Assembly (NCBI GenBank): GCA_038217285.1
Contig: JBBQPO010000142.1
Location: forward strand, 1-15,653
DNA length: 15,653 nucleotides
Origin: Chthonomonadales bacterium
GTDB taxonomy: Bacteria > Armatimonadota > Chthonomonadetes > Chthonomonadales > Chthonomonadaceae
Direction: 5' to 3'
Shown: piece after piece, positions 1 to 6,885 of the stretch
Layout: the number at the start of each line of letters is the position of its first letter
How positions within the stretch are numbered: position 1 is the stretch's first letter
The notes under the pieces: generated by a model
Told to the model about the DNA's origin: nothing
Database searches by the model: none
Seen by the model: only the letters and a program-made list of their open reading frames with translations
Made by a program: the position numbers and the translations under genes

Positions 1-1356
1 GGGTTGCTGATCCCGCAGCCGCTCAGCGAAAAGGCGCATCGAATCGAACTCCCAGAGGATCTCCAGCGCTCCCTTCTCATCGTTCGGCAGGCGCCCCGGA
101 ACCGGAAAAGAGAGCGGAGGCACGGGCCATACCTGCTCTCCTGCGACATGGAGCGCTTCCCGGCTGGTCGCCAGAATCCTCAGCCCGCCGCACCGGTGCA
201 GCAGCTCCTCTGCGTTTGCGGCGGCGGCGGTCAGCAGGTGCTCACAGTTGTCCAGCACAAGGAGCGCACTGCGATCCTGTAGATAGTCCGTCAGCGTCGT
301 CTCGACGGCGCGCCCCGGCTCATCACGCAGCCCCAGCGCCGTTGCGATGGTTCGTGCCGTCAGCTTCGGTTCGGACAGACTGTCCAACCGCACCAGCCAG
401 ACGCCGTCGGGATACTCGTCCGTCAGCTCCTCTGCGACTGCGATCGCCAGGCGGGTCTTCCCGATCCCTCCCGGCCCCGTCAGGGTCACCAGGCGGCGGC
501 GGCGCAGTCTCTCGGCAATCGCGGAGATCTGTTCGTCCCTGCCGACCATTTCCGTGAGAGGATGAAACAGCCGGGGTGCAGGGCGTCGGGCGGGAGAGCG
601 CGGGAGAACCATGCCGGGTGAGGTCTTCTGCGCCTTTCTGCGCAGTTGATGGTAGAGCGCCGTCGTCTCCGGGGCAAGGTCGGCCTGCAGTTCGCTCCTC
701 AGTGTGAGCCGGATCTCCCGATAGGCCTGAATCAGGCCAACCTGATCGCCCGAGGCGGCCAGCGCCTGCATCAACAGCCGATGCGCCCGCTCCTCCAGAG
801 GATTGACAGTGAGGAGACGCCGCAGAGACAGGATCGCCTTAGCGGCCTCCCCTGCGGTAAGCGCCTGTTCGGCAAGCCTTTCCAGGGCGTTCAGATACGC
901 TTGCTCGCGGAAAGCGCGCTCCGGAAAGACCCACTCCTCGGTACAGCCGTCCAACAACGGCCCCTTATAGAGCCCGACCGCTCGTTCCAGCGCACTGATC
1001 TCCCCGTTTTTGACCAGGGAGTCGAACGCGAACAGATCCACGTCGGCATTGGAGAGATCCAGGCGAAGGGTGTGACGGTTGGGGGATTGGAGGCGTTCGG
1101 ACTGAGCGCCGAGAGCGCGTCGCAGATCGGTGAGCGCCTGACGAAGGTTGTACATCGCCTGCGTTTCCAGGCTCTCCGGCCAGAGCGTTGCGACCAGCCA
1201 GGAGCGTTCAGCCGCGCGACCCTGACGCAGCGCCAGCAGCGCCAGTAGCCAGAGCACCTTGCGCGAGCGCAGGCGTGGCAGCGGCACCCCTTCAATCCGG
1301 ACCTCACAGGGTCCGAGTAGGTGGACGGAGAACGGCGGCGTCTCTTGTACTACCAT
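1..1356 (-). CDS. AfsR/SARP-family transcriptional regulator (winged HTH + BTAD + STAND-type P-loop ATPase); 3' end lies outside the window
   Basis: Not in the ORF track because it has no stop in the window; segments translated by hand. N-terminus MVVQETPPFSVHLLGPCEVRIEGVPLPRLRSRKVLWLLALLAL...LWPES...YNLRQALTDLRRAL is typical of the SARP HTH. Also Walker A LVTLTGPGGIGKTRLA (~446-493), Walker B-like LVLDNCEHL (~238-264) and ILATSREAL. Start ATG 1356 follows AAGGAG; an in-frame ATG at 1368 is an alternative. Confidence 0.9.
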   Translation of the reverse strand, partial: MVVQETPPFSVHLLGPCEVRIEGVPLPRLRSRKVLWLLALLALRQGRAAERSWLVATLWPESLETQAMYNLRQALTDLRRALGAQSERLQSPNRHTLRLDLSNADVDLFAFDSLVKNGEISALERAVGLYKGPLLDGCTEEWVFPERAFREQAYLNALERLAEQALTAGEAAKAILSLRRLLTVNPLEERAHRLLMQALAASGDQVGLIQAYREIRLTLRSELQADLAPETTALYHQLRRKAQKTSPGMVLPRSPARRPAPRLFHPLTEMVGRDEQISAIAERLRRRRLVTLTGPGGIGKTRLAIAVAEELTDEYPDGVWLVRLDSLSEPKLTARTIATALGLRDEPGRAVETTLTDYLQDRSALLVLDNCEHLLTAAAANAEELLHRCGGLRILATSREALHVAGEQVWPVPPLSFPVPGRLPNDEKGALEILWEFDSMRLFAERLRDQQP

Positions 1357-1443
1357 AATCTCCTTCATGGCCGGGGATGATGTCTCTCTCTCTAAACCGC
1401 GCAATACGGAGGATGTTCGTCCGTTTGGAGAGTTTTCTCTCTT

Positions 1444-1485
1444 GTACACGATTTCTCCTCCCTTTCGTACACGCTGCCGTCCACG
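1444..1485. promoter_or_regulatory. Candidate heptamer direct-repeat operator (possible SARP box)
   Basis: GTACACG at 1444 and 1467 and GTCCACG at 1479 (spacings 23 and 12 nt), lying between the divergent SARP and PEP-CTERM genes. Confidence 0.3.
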
Positions 1486-1542
1486 GAGCTGTGGGAGACT
1501 GATCCTGTCTTCGGACACAACTTGAAATCGGGAGTAGTCAAC

Positions 1543-2229
1543 ATGCAGAACGCAATGGAACGACAGTCAGTTCACCTTCGCAAATCAACGGCCTTGTTCA
1601 CTTTGGTCTTGGTCGGGATAGTCGGCGCCGCTTCCGCGCAGGCCGACGTACTCTTCTCCAGCCTCCCGTTCGTGACAGGAGGTCCCGGATCGGCAAGAGG
1701 TGTGTCTGGGCCTACAGCCAGTAATGGTTTCTACGCTGATTTCGCGGAGCAGTTTACGCCTTCTGTCACCGCTAACCTGAACAGTATCCAGATACCGTTC
1801 ATCTATGGTTCGGGCAGCAACAATGCCGTGACGATTACGCTCTATAGCAGCGTAGGCAATCTGCCGAGCGTTGCCCTGGCAAGCCAGGACATTCCCGCCA
1901 GTACGCTCACCGCCAGCAGCGTACTGTACACTCTCAACTTCGGGGGCAGCCCTCTGCTGACGGCAGGCACTCCCTATTGGCTGGGTGCTGCCACAACAGG
2001 GGATACTGCTGATGGTTGGTTTGAGACCAGCACCAATACAACAGGAGCCGGGGCGCACCGTCCCAATTCCGCAGGCGCCTTCGTCGCAGATTCTGTCCTA
2101 GGTCACAGCGCCTTCCAGGTGAATGGTACGGTCGTCTCCACTACCCCTGAACCCGGCGCGCTCGCCCTCTTCGTCGCGTCTGGCCTCTCCGGTGCAGGCT
2201 TCCTCATCCGTAAGCGAAGACGCGCTTAG
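1543..2229 (+). CDS. Secreted PEP-CTERM sorting-domain protein (beta-rich, choice-of-anchor R-like body)
   Basis: GGAG 8 nt before ATG 1543. Signal peptide ends ...AASAQA. Ser/Thr/Gly-rich body with AEQFT...LYS...LTAGTPYWL. C-terminus TPEPGALALFVASGLSGAGFLIRKRRRA gives PEP + TM helix + basic tail. The anchor-R subtype is tentative. Confidence 0.88.
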   Translation: MQNAMERQSVHLRKSTALFTLVLVGIVGAASAQADVLFSSLPFVTGGPGSARGVSGPTASNGFYADFAEQFTPSVTANLNSIQIPFIYGSGSNNAVTITLYSSVGNLPSVALASQDIPASTLTASSVLYTLNFGGSPLLTAGTPYWLGAATTGDTADGWFETSTNTTGAGAHRPNSAGAFVADSVLGHSAFQVNGTVVSTTPEPGALALFVASGLSGAGFLIRKRRRA

Positions 2230-2446
2230 AAGTACCGAACGATGACACTACAGCCGGTCGGACTTCCCAGACCGGTCGCAAGCCAGAGCGGACGCGCTGG
2301 AGAGGCGTCACCCTTGCGTGCCGACGATCACATACCCGGCCCTGTCTCCGTGGAACGGTACTGACTGTTCTGCCAACGACCGAGCGGGTGTTTCGATCAA
2401 GAGAGCATCAGTGACATTCATCAATCGGAAAAAGGAAACCACATTC

Positions 2447-3403
2447 ATGTACTCTCGCTCTGCCTTCGCGCCATGTAGCGTCGTGTCCGTCTCCCTGCTC
2501 GCCGCCCTGGCGCTCGCTCTCATTCCTGTGCAGAGTCAGGCGCAGAAGCTGTACGTTTCCAACGCTGATAGTAACACCATCAGCGTTTTCGACACCACTG
2601 GGAGCCTTGTCCAGACCATTGGCCTTGGCCACTTGAACATTCCCTATGGAATGACCTTCGATACTGGCGGCAACCTGTACGCTGCCAATTATAACAACGG
2701 CACCATCAGCGAGTTTGACAGCAGCGGAGTGTTCCAGCAGACCATCGGTACCGGCAACTTGAGCCGGCCCTATGGATTGACCTTTGACAGTGGAGGCAAC
2801 CTATACGCTGCCAATAATAACACCAATACCATCAGCGAGTTCAACAGCAATGGAGTGTTCCAACAAACCATCGGTGCTGGCCACTTGAGCGGTCCCGCTG
2901 GATTGACCTTCGACACCGGCGGTAACCTGTACGCTGTCAATAATAGCAGCAACACCATCAGCAAGTTCAACAGCAGCGGAGTGTTCCAGCAGACCATCGG
3001 CAACGGCAACTTAAGCGGTCCCTATGGATTAACGTTCGACAGTAGCGGCAACCTGTACGCTGCAAACTTCAACAGCAACACCATCAGCAAGTTCAACAGC
3101 AGCGGGGTGTTCCAGCAGACCATCGGTACTGGTCACTTGAGCGGTCCCTTTGGAGTAGCCTTCGACAGTGGCGGCAACCTGTACGCCGTCAATAATGGCA
3201 ACGGTACCATCAGCGAGTTCAACAGCGGCGGAGTGTTCCAGCAGACCATCGGCACAGGCAACTTGGCCGAACCCGCTTTCATAGCTTTCTCACCCGCTGC
3301 GCAAGTTGCTTCCACTCCGGAACCGGGCAGTATGGCGCTGATCGCGGGGCTGTTCGTATCGGGCGGGGGCTTCGCGGTTCGTCGCCGCCGCACACGCAAG
3401 TAA
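2447..3403 (+). CDS. NHL-repeat beta-propeller protein with PEP-CTERM sorting signal
   Basis: AAGGA upstream of ATG 2447; the track start at 2318 is probably too early. Signal peptide ...QSQA, 42-aa repeats PxGLTFDxxGNLYAxNxxxxTISxFxSxGVFQQTIGxGxL, and C-terminal TPEPGSMALIAGLFVSGGGFAVRRRRTRK. Confidence 0.92.
   Translation: MYSRSAFAPCSVVSVSLLAALALALIPVQSQAQKLYVSNADSNTISVFDTTGSLVQTIGLGHLNIPYGMTFDTGGNLYAANYNNGTISEFDSSGVFQQTIGTGNLSRPYGLTFDSGGNLYAANNNTNTISEFNSNGVFQQTIGAGHLSGPAGLTFDTGGNLYAVNNSSNTISKFNSSGVFQQTIGNGNLSGPYGLTFDSSGNLYAANFNSNTISKFNSSGVFQQTIGTGHLSGPFGVAFDSGGNLYAVNNGNGTISEFNSGGVFQQTIGTGNLAEPAFIAFSPAAQVASTPEPGSMALIAGLFVSGGGFAVRRRRTRK
2642..3271 (+). repeat. Five tandem 126-bp intragenic repeat units encoding NHL blades
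   Basis: The repeat-start Pro codon CCC recurs at 2642, 2768, 2894, 3020, 3146 and 3272, an exact 126-nt period. Shared blocks include GTGTTCCAGCAGACCATCGG and ACCATCAGC. Confidence 0.95.
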
Positions 3404-3420
3404 CCCCAAGACCGAACAAA

Positions 3421-3456
3421 ATGGGGGATAAACGCCACCAGACGCTTACCCCCCAT
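3421..3456. terminator. Inverted repeat between convergent genes (possible terminator or 3' stabiliser)
   Basis: ATGGGGGATAA...TTACCCCCCAT, 17 nt after the NHL gene stop. The loop is large and there is no clear U-tract. Confidence 0.35.
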
Positions 3457-3530
3457 AGCGCTAACAGGCCACCTCGTTTTGTAGTCAACCGCCGTTGAAG
3501 CCTCCGCGTTCAAAACATGCCAAGGTTGAT

Positions 3531-4286
3531 CTATTTGCGCTTGAAAATTCGCGGCAGGAGGCTCGGCTTCTCCGGATGTATCTCCCCAACAGACGTTTCG
3601 GCAGGGCGCAATAGCTCGCCGGGAACGGTCGTGTTTGATCCACTGGAGGCGGCTCGCAGAAGTTCGTCCTTCTCCCCGACCTCCTCGCGCATTCCGGCGC
3701 GCAGGAGTACTTTCGCATCCGTTCTGTTCCGCAATTCTACTAGCGCCGCTGCTGCTTCGCGTTTGAGGGCCTCTGCAAGCTCTGGTTTCTGGCATAGATG
3801 CTCGCAGAAGGTCTGTACGTTGCCCCCTACATAACGCACAAAATGACCGGAAGTACGGTGGGTGGCTCCTGCCAGGGCCTGAAGTGTGTCCAGCTTCTGT
3901 GAGAGGGTGAGGGTCGGCGCGGACAGGATGCGCAGCGGCAGTATATCGCTCGTTCCAAACTGTTCCAGCGCCTGTCCAGCGGCAATTCGAACCACGACAT
4001 TCTCATCGCTGAGCGCGGCGCACAGAGCCGCGACCCCTTCCAGATCCCCGATTCGTCCTAGCGCCTTTGCGGCGGCAGAGCGAACACGGTGGCTCATGTG
4101 GAGATGCCTGCTCTCGTAGAGGAGCACCGAGGAGAGCGGCCCGACGGCTCGCACAGCCCGTTTCAGGCCCAGCGTACCGGCGGCGAAGGCGCGAATATGC
4201 CAGTATTCGGTCTTCAACTGCTTGATAAGCGCAAGCGTCTCTGCAGTCGAAAGGGGCTTCTTTGGGTCAGAGTCTGTAATTTGCAC
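3531..4286 (-). CDS. HEAT/PBS-lyase-like repeat protein with a C-terminal LLR(A/P) triplet
   Basis: HEAT-type repeats IRAFAAGTLG, VRSAAAKALGRIGD and LSDENVVVRIAAGQALEQFG. Likely start GTG 4286 with GGAGG 8 nt upstream; the track starts at TTG 4310. Confidence 0.85.
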   Translation of the reverse strand: MQITDSDPKKPLSTAETLALIKQLKTEYWHIRAFAAGTLGLKRAVRAVGPLSSVLLYESRHLHMSHRVRSAAAKALGRIGDLEGVAALCAALSDENVVVRIAAGQALEQFGTSDILPLRILSAPTLTLSQKLDTLQALAGATHRTSGHFVRYVGGNVQTFCEHLCQKPELAEALKREAAAALVELRNRTDAKVLLRAGMREEVGEKDELLRAASSGSNTTVPGELLRPAETSVGEIHPEKPSLLPRIFKRK

Positions 4287-4361
4287 GGAAGCGACCTCCG
4301 CCCTCCGCAATTAGGGCAGCGAATCAAAGGTTTCTTGGTCTTTGATGTAGAGGCATAGCTC

Positions 4362-4383
4362 AGCGGCGATACGCATCGCCGCT
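4362..4383. terminator. Perfect 9-bp hairpin between steA and the HEAT gene
   Basis: AGCGGCGAT-ACGC-ATCGCCGCT, about 18 nt past the steA stop. There is no U-tract in the steA direction; the T-rich run follows it on the + strand. Confidence 0.4.
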
Positions 4384-4401
4384 TACTCTGGTTTTTCGTT
4401 T

Positions 4402-5553
4402 TTACAGGTGGAAGTGGCGGCGCATCCAGAGGCTTACGGTGACACCGATGGTCTGCATCAGGGTCTGGCCCGTCTGCGACAAGCCGAGAACGGCCACGAT
4501 AGGGGTCGCGGCGGCGAAGAGCAGAAAGGCCAGTTCGCGCAGGCGGGGGCGCTGGCCTGTCCAGAGACGCGCCAGTCCTTTGGCATCGACCAACTTGGAA
4601 CCGATGCGCAGACGCGTCAGAAACGTGCTCGCCATACCCGCGCGCCCTTTGTCGAGAAACTCCTCCAGCGAAAAGTGGGTGCCGACCGCCACGATGAGCG
4701 AAGCCCCCAGCTCATCCGCGAGGAGCATGGCGACATCCTCACTGGTGCCGGGGGAGGGGAATACGGTGGCGGTGAGGCCCAGAGATTCGATCCGCTCCAG
4801 GCCGGGAGCGCCGCGTTCGTCGCCTCGGGCATAGCCATGAACCACCAGCTCCGCGCCGCACCGCAGGGCGGCATCGCTGACGCTGTCCATGTCGCCCAGG
4901 ATAACATCGGGCTTGAGCCGGACTTCGAGCAGAGCGTCCGCGCCGCCATCGACCGCGAGAAGGACAGGCCGCGTGTCCAGCATATAGTTATGGAGCAGGG
5001 CCAGATCGTCCTTGTAGCCTTCGCCTCGCACGACGATCAGCACATGGCGGTTGGCAAAGCGTGTGCTCAATTTCGGCACATCGATCACATCGAAGAGCAG
5101 GCCCTTCTCGTTGTCGAGGTAGGCCAGTGTGTTTCGGGCAAAATGATCGAGTTCGAGGCTGAGATTGGTGTGTGCGGCTTCAAGTTGTTCGGCCAGCAGC
5201 TCCGGAGTCAACAAAACGCCTTGCAGGCACGTTCCATCGTCGAAACGCAGCGTGTCGCCCTCCCATACTGCCATACTTCCGTCCTGAACGGCTTCAAAAG
5301 CCTCCATCCCGATGGCATCAAGCAGGGGGATTCCGGCCTTCATCAGCACTTCCGGACCCCGGTTGGGGTAGCGCCCGGAGATACTCGGAACCGCGTTGAT
5401 GACGGCGGCGACCCTGTTCTCGACCAGAGTCCGCGCGGCGGTCGTGTCCAGATCGGTATGGCAGAGCAGCACGATGTCGCCGGCATGGAGCCGCCTGGTC
5501 AGATTTTTGGTGCGCCGGTCTTTCAGGACACGGTGTCGGGAGGGAACTGCCAT
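4402..5553 (-). CDS. steA: SteA-family putative cytokinetic ring protein (thiamine pyrophosphokinase-like domain, C-terminal membrane anchor)
   Basis: Family motifs DRRTKNLxxRL, SISGRYPNRGP, HVLIVVRGEGYKDDL, AVDGGADAL, GDMDSVSD, GTSEDVAMLLA, IVAVGTH, EFLDKGRAGMASTFLTRLRIGSKLVDAKG, then a hydrophobic C-terminal helix. Start ATG 5553; alternative GTG 5604. Confidence 0.9.
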   Translation of the reverse strand: MAVPSRHRVLKDRRTKNLTRRLHAGDIVLLCHTDLDTTAARTLVENRVAAVINAVPSISGRYPNRGPEVLMKAGIPLLDAIGMEAFEAVQDGSMAVWEGDTLRFDDGTCLQGVLLTPELLAEQLEAAHTNLSLELDHFARNTLAYLDNEKGLLFDVIDVPKLSTRFANRHVLIVVRGEGYKDDLALLHNYMLDTRPVLLAVDGGADALLEVRLKPDVILGDMDSVSDAALRCGAELVVHGYARGDERGAPGLERIESLGLTATVFPSPGTSEDVAMLLADELGASLIVAVGTHFSLEEFLDKGRAGMASTFLTRLRIGSKLVDAKGLARLWTGQRPRLRELAFLLFAAATPIVAVLGLSQTGQTLMQTIGVTVSLWMRRHFHL

Positions 5554-5613
5554 GCGGTTTCCGATCTGAGTCCGAAACAAAGCGAGCGCAACGTCTTGCG
5601 TCACGCCCGGTGT

Positions 5614-5642
5614 ATTATCCTTTTTTTGCTCGTAAAAGTCAA
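5614..5642 (-). promoter_or_regulatory. Sigma70-type promoter for steA
   Basis: Minus strand TTGACT (5642-5637), 17-nt spacer, GATAAT (5619-5614). Each box matches consensus at 5 of 6 positions. Confidence 0.65.
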
Positions 5643-5671
5643 TTGGCTCCCCGCATCATATCGGGTACACT
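5643..5671 (+). promoter_or_regulatory. Sigma70-type promoter for the folB operon
   Basis: TTGGCT (5643-5648), 17-nt spacer, TACACT (5666-5671). Confidence 0.5.
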
Positions 5672-5732
5672 ACTCTCAACGTACGTAGGGGAAACAGAGC
5701 GCGTTTCGTGTGCTCGGTTCGGCAGGAAGAGA

Positions 5733-6101
5733 ATGCAAACGGATTCGATACTCATCAATGGGCTGGAGTTCTACGGCTATCACGGCGCTTCCGACCAGGA
5801 ACAGACGGTGGGGCATCGGTATCAGGCGGATGTGCGATTGACCGTGGACACGCGCCCCGCCGGGGAGAGCGACCGCCTGAGCGACACCGTGAGCTACTCT
5901 CGCGTGGCAAAACGTCTGCTGGAGATAGGCACACAGGAGCAGTACCGCTTGCTGGAAGCGCTGGCTGCCCGTATGGTCGTCGTTGTTTTCGCCGACTTTC
6001 CGCTCGTGCGGGGCCTGACGCTCCGGATCCAGAAGATGGTTCCGCCGATGAACGCGATCGTCTCCTCGGTCGGGGTGGAGATCACCCGCGTCCGGGGATG
6101 A
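5733..6101 (+). CDS. folB: Dihydroneopterin aldolase
   Basis: 122 aa from ATG 5733 (AGGA upstream). Motifs DSILINGLEFYGYHG..DQE...GHRY..D, SDRLSDTVSY, YRLLEALA, QKMVPPM and VGVEITR. Confidence 0.93.
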   Translation: MQTDSILINGLEFYGYHGASDQEQTVGHRYQADVRLTVDTRPAGESDRLSDTVSYSRVAKRLLEIGTQEQYRLLEALAARMVVVVFADFPLVRGLTLRIQKMVPPMNAIVSSVGVEITRVRG

Positions 6102-6880
6102 GAGCAGCCATGAAAATTTCCGGCAGGCGAAAACGAGGCTTGCTGGCGTTGGGACTGGCTGGTGGTGTCCTCGTCCTCTCCGTCTGCAACGCGACTTACA
6201 ACGGATTCACCCTGACCGAATGGTGGCGGGATCTGCATTCCGGAGTGGTGCTCTCCCATGCCGTCACGTCCGAAAAAGTAGTAGCGTTGACCTTTGACGA
6301 TGGCCCCGATCCCAACTACACCCCGCGTGTCCTCGACATCTTACGCCGTTACTCCCTCCATGCCACGTTCTTTGACCAGGGCAGGCTGATACAACAGTAT
6401 CCGCAAATCGTGCGTCGAGCGGTCGCGGAGGGAAACTGCCTCGGCAATCATACCTATTCCCACCCTTACCTTACGCGTCTCACGCCCGGGGCGATCCAAA
6501 ACGAAATGCAGTCCTGCGAGCACAGCATCGAGGCGAATGTTGGGATAAGGACGGCGCTGTTTCGTCCGCCGCGCGGGGACTGGAATCCGGCCGTCTATCG
6601 GGAGACAGTAGAGGAGAGAAACCGGCTTATCCTCTGGACACTGGCTCTGGAGCACCACGATGTTCCGACGCCGCAGGCGATGGCGCAGCGGGTGCTGCAA
6701 CGCGTTCGGCCTGGAGACATCATTCTCATGCACGACGGAGCGTTCGTCTCCCGTGAGACAACCGTGCAGGCGCTCCCACTCGTGATCGAAGGGCTGCAGC
6801 GGCGTGGATACCGCTGCGTCACCGTGCCGGAACTGCTGCACATTCCCGCCATCTTGCCTCTCTCTCCCCGATCACGCTGA
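6098..6880 (+). CDS. Polysaccharide deacetylase (NodB/CE4 family), N-terminally anchored or exported
   Basis: ATGA overlap with the folB stop (alternative ATG 6110). Basic plus hydrophobic N-terminus, then VALTFDDGP, GNHTYSHP, FRPPRG and GDIILMHD. The track's 130-aa N-terminal extension overlaps folB and is not credible. Confidence 0.92.
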   Translation: MRAAMKISGRRKRGLLALGLAGGVLVLSVCNATYNGFTLTEWWRDLHSGVVLSHAVTSEKVVALTFDDGPDPNYTPRVLDILRRYSLHATFFDQGRLIQQYPQIVRRAVAEGNCLGNHTYSHPYLTRLTPGAIQNEMQSCEHSIEANVGIRTALFRPPRGDWNPAVYRETVEERNRLILWTLALEHHDVPTPQAMAQRVLQRVRPGDIILMHDGAFVSRETTVQALPLVIEGLQRRGYRCVTVPELLHIPAILPLSPRSR

Positions 6881-6885
6881 AGCAA

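Noticed and set aside
4-1307. Short ORFs listed by the track at the left end
   Set aside because: All overlap the real minus-strand SARP-ATPase frame, which the track omits because it runs off the edge.
2340-2370. Sigma54 promoter upstream of the NHL PEP-CTERM gene (TGGAACG...)
   Set aside because: The -12 TTGC element is missing at the required spacing.
2642-3271. 126-bp periodic repeats as a CRISPR array or DGR template/variable repeat
   Set aside because: They are in-frame protein repeats without unique spacers. No cas or reverse transcriptase gene is in the window, and the differences are not restricted to adenines.
4408-5688. 426-aa plus-strand ORF
   Set aside because: Antisense shadow of steA with no recognisable motifs; long shadow ORFs are expected in GC-rich DNA.
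5708-6097. N-terminal extension of the deacetylase (390-aa ORF)
   Set aside because: It overlaps folB out of frame and reads as Arg/Gly-rich noise; the ATGA coupling at 6098 gives a natural start.
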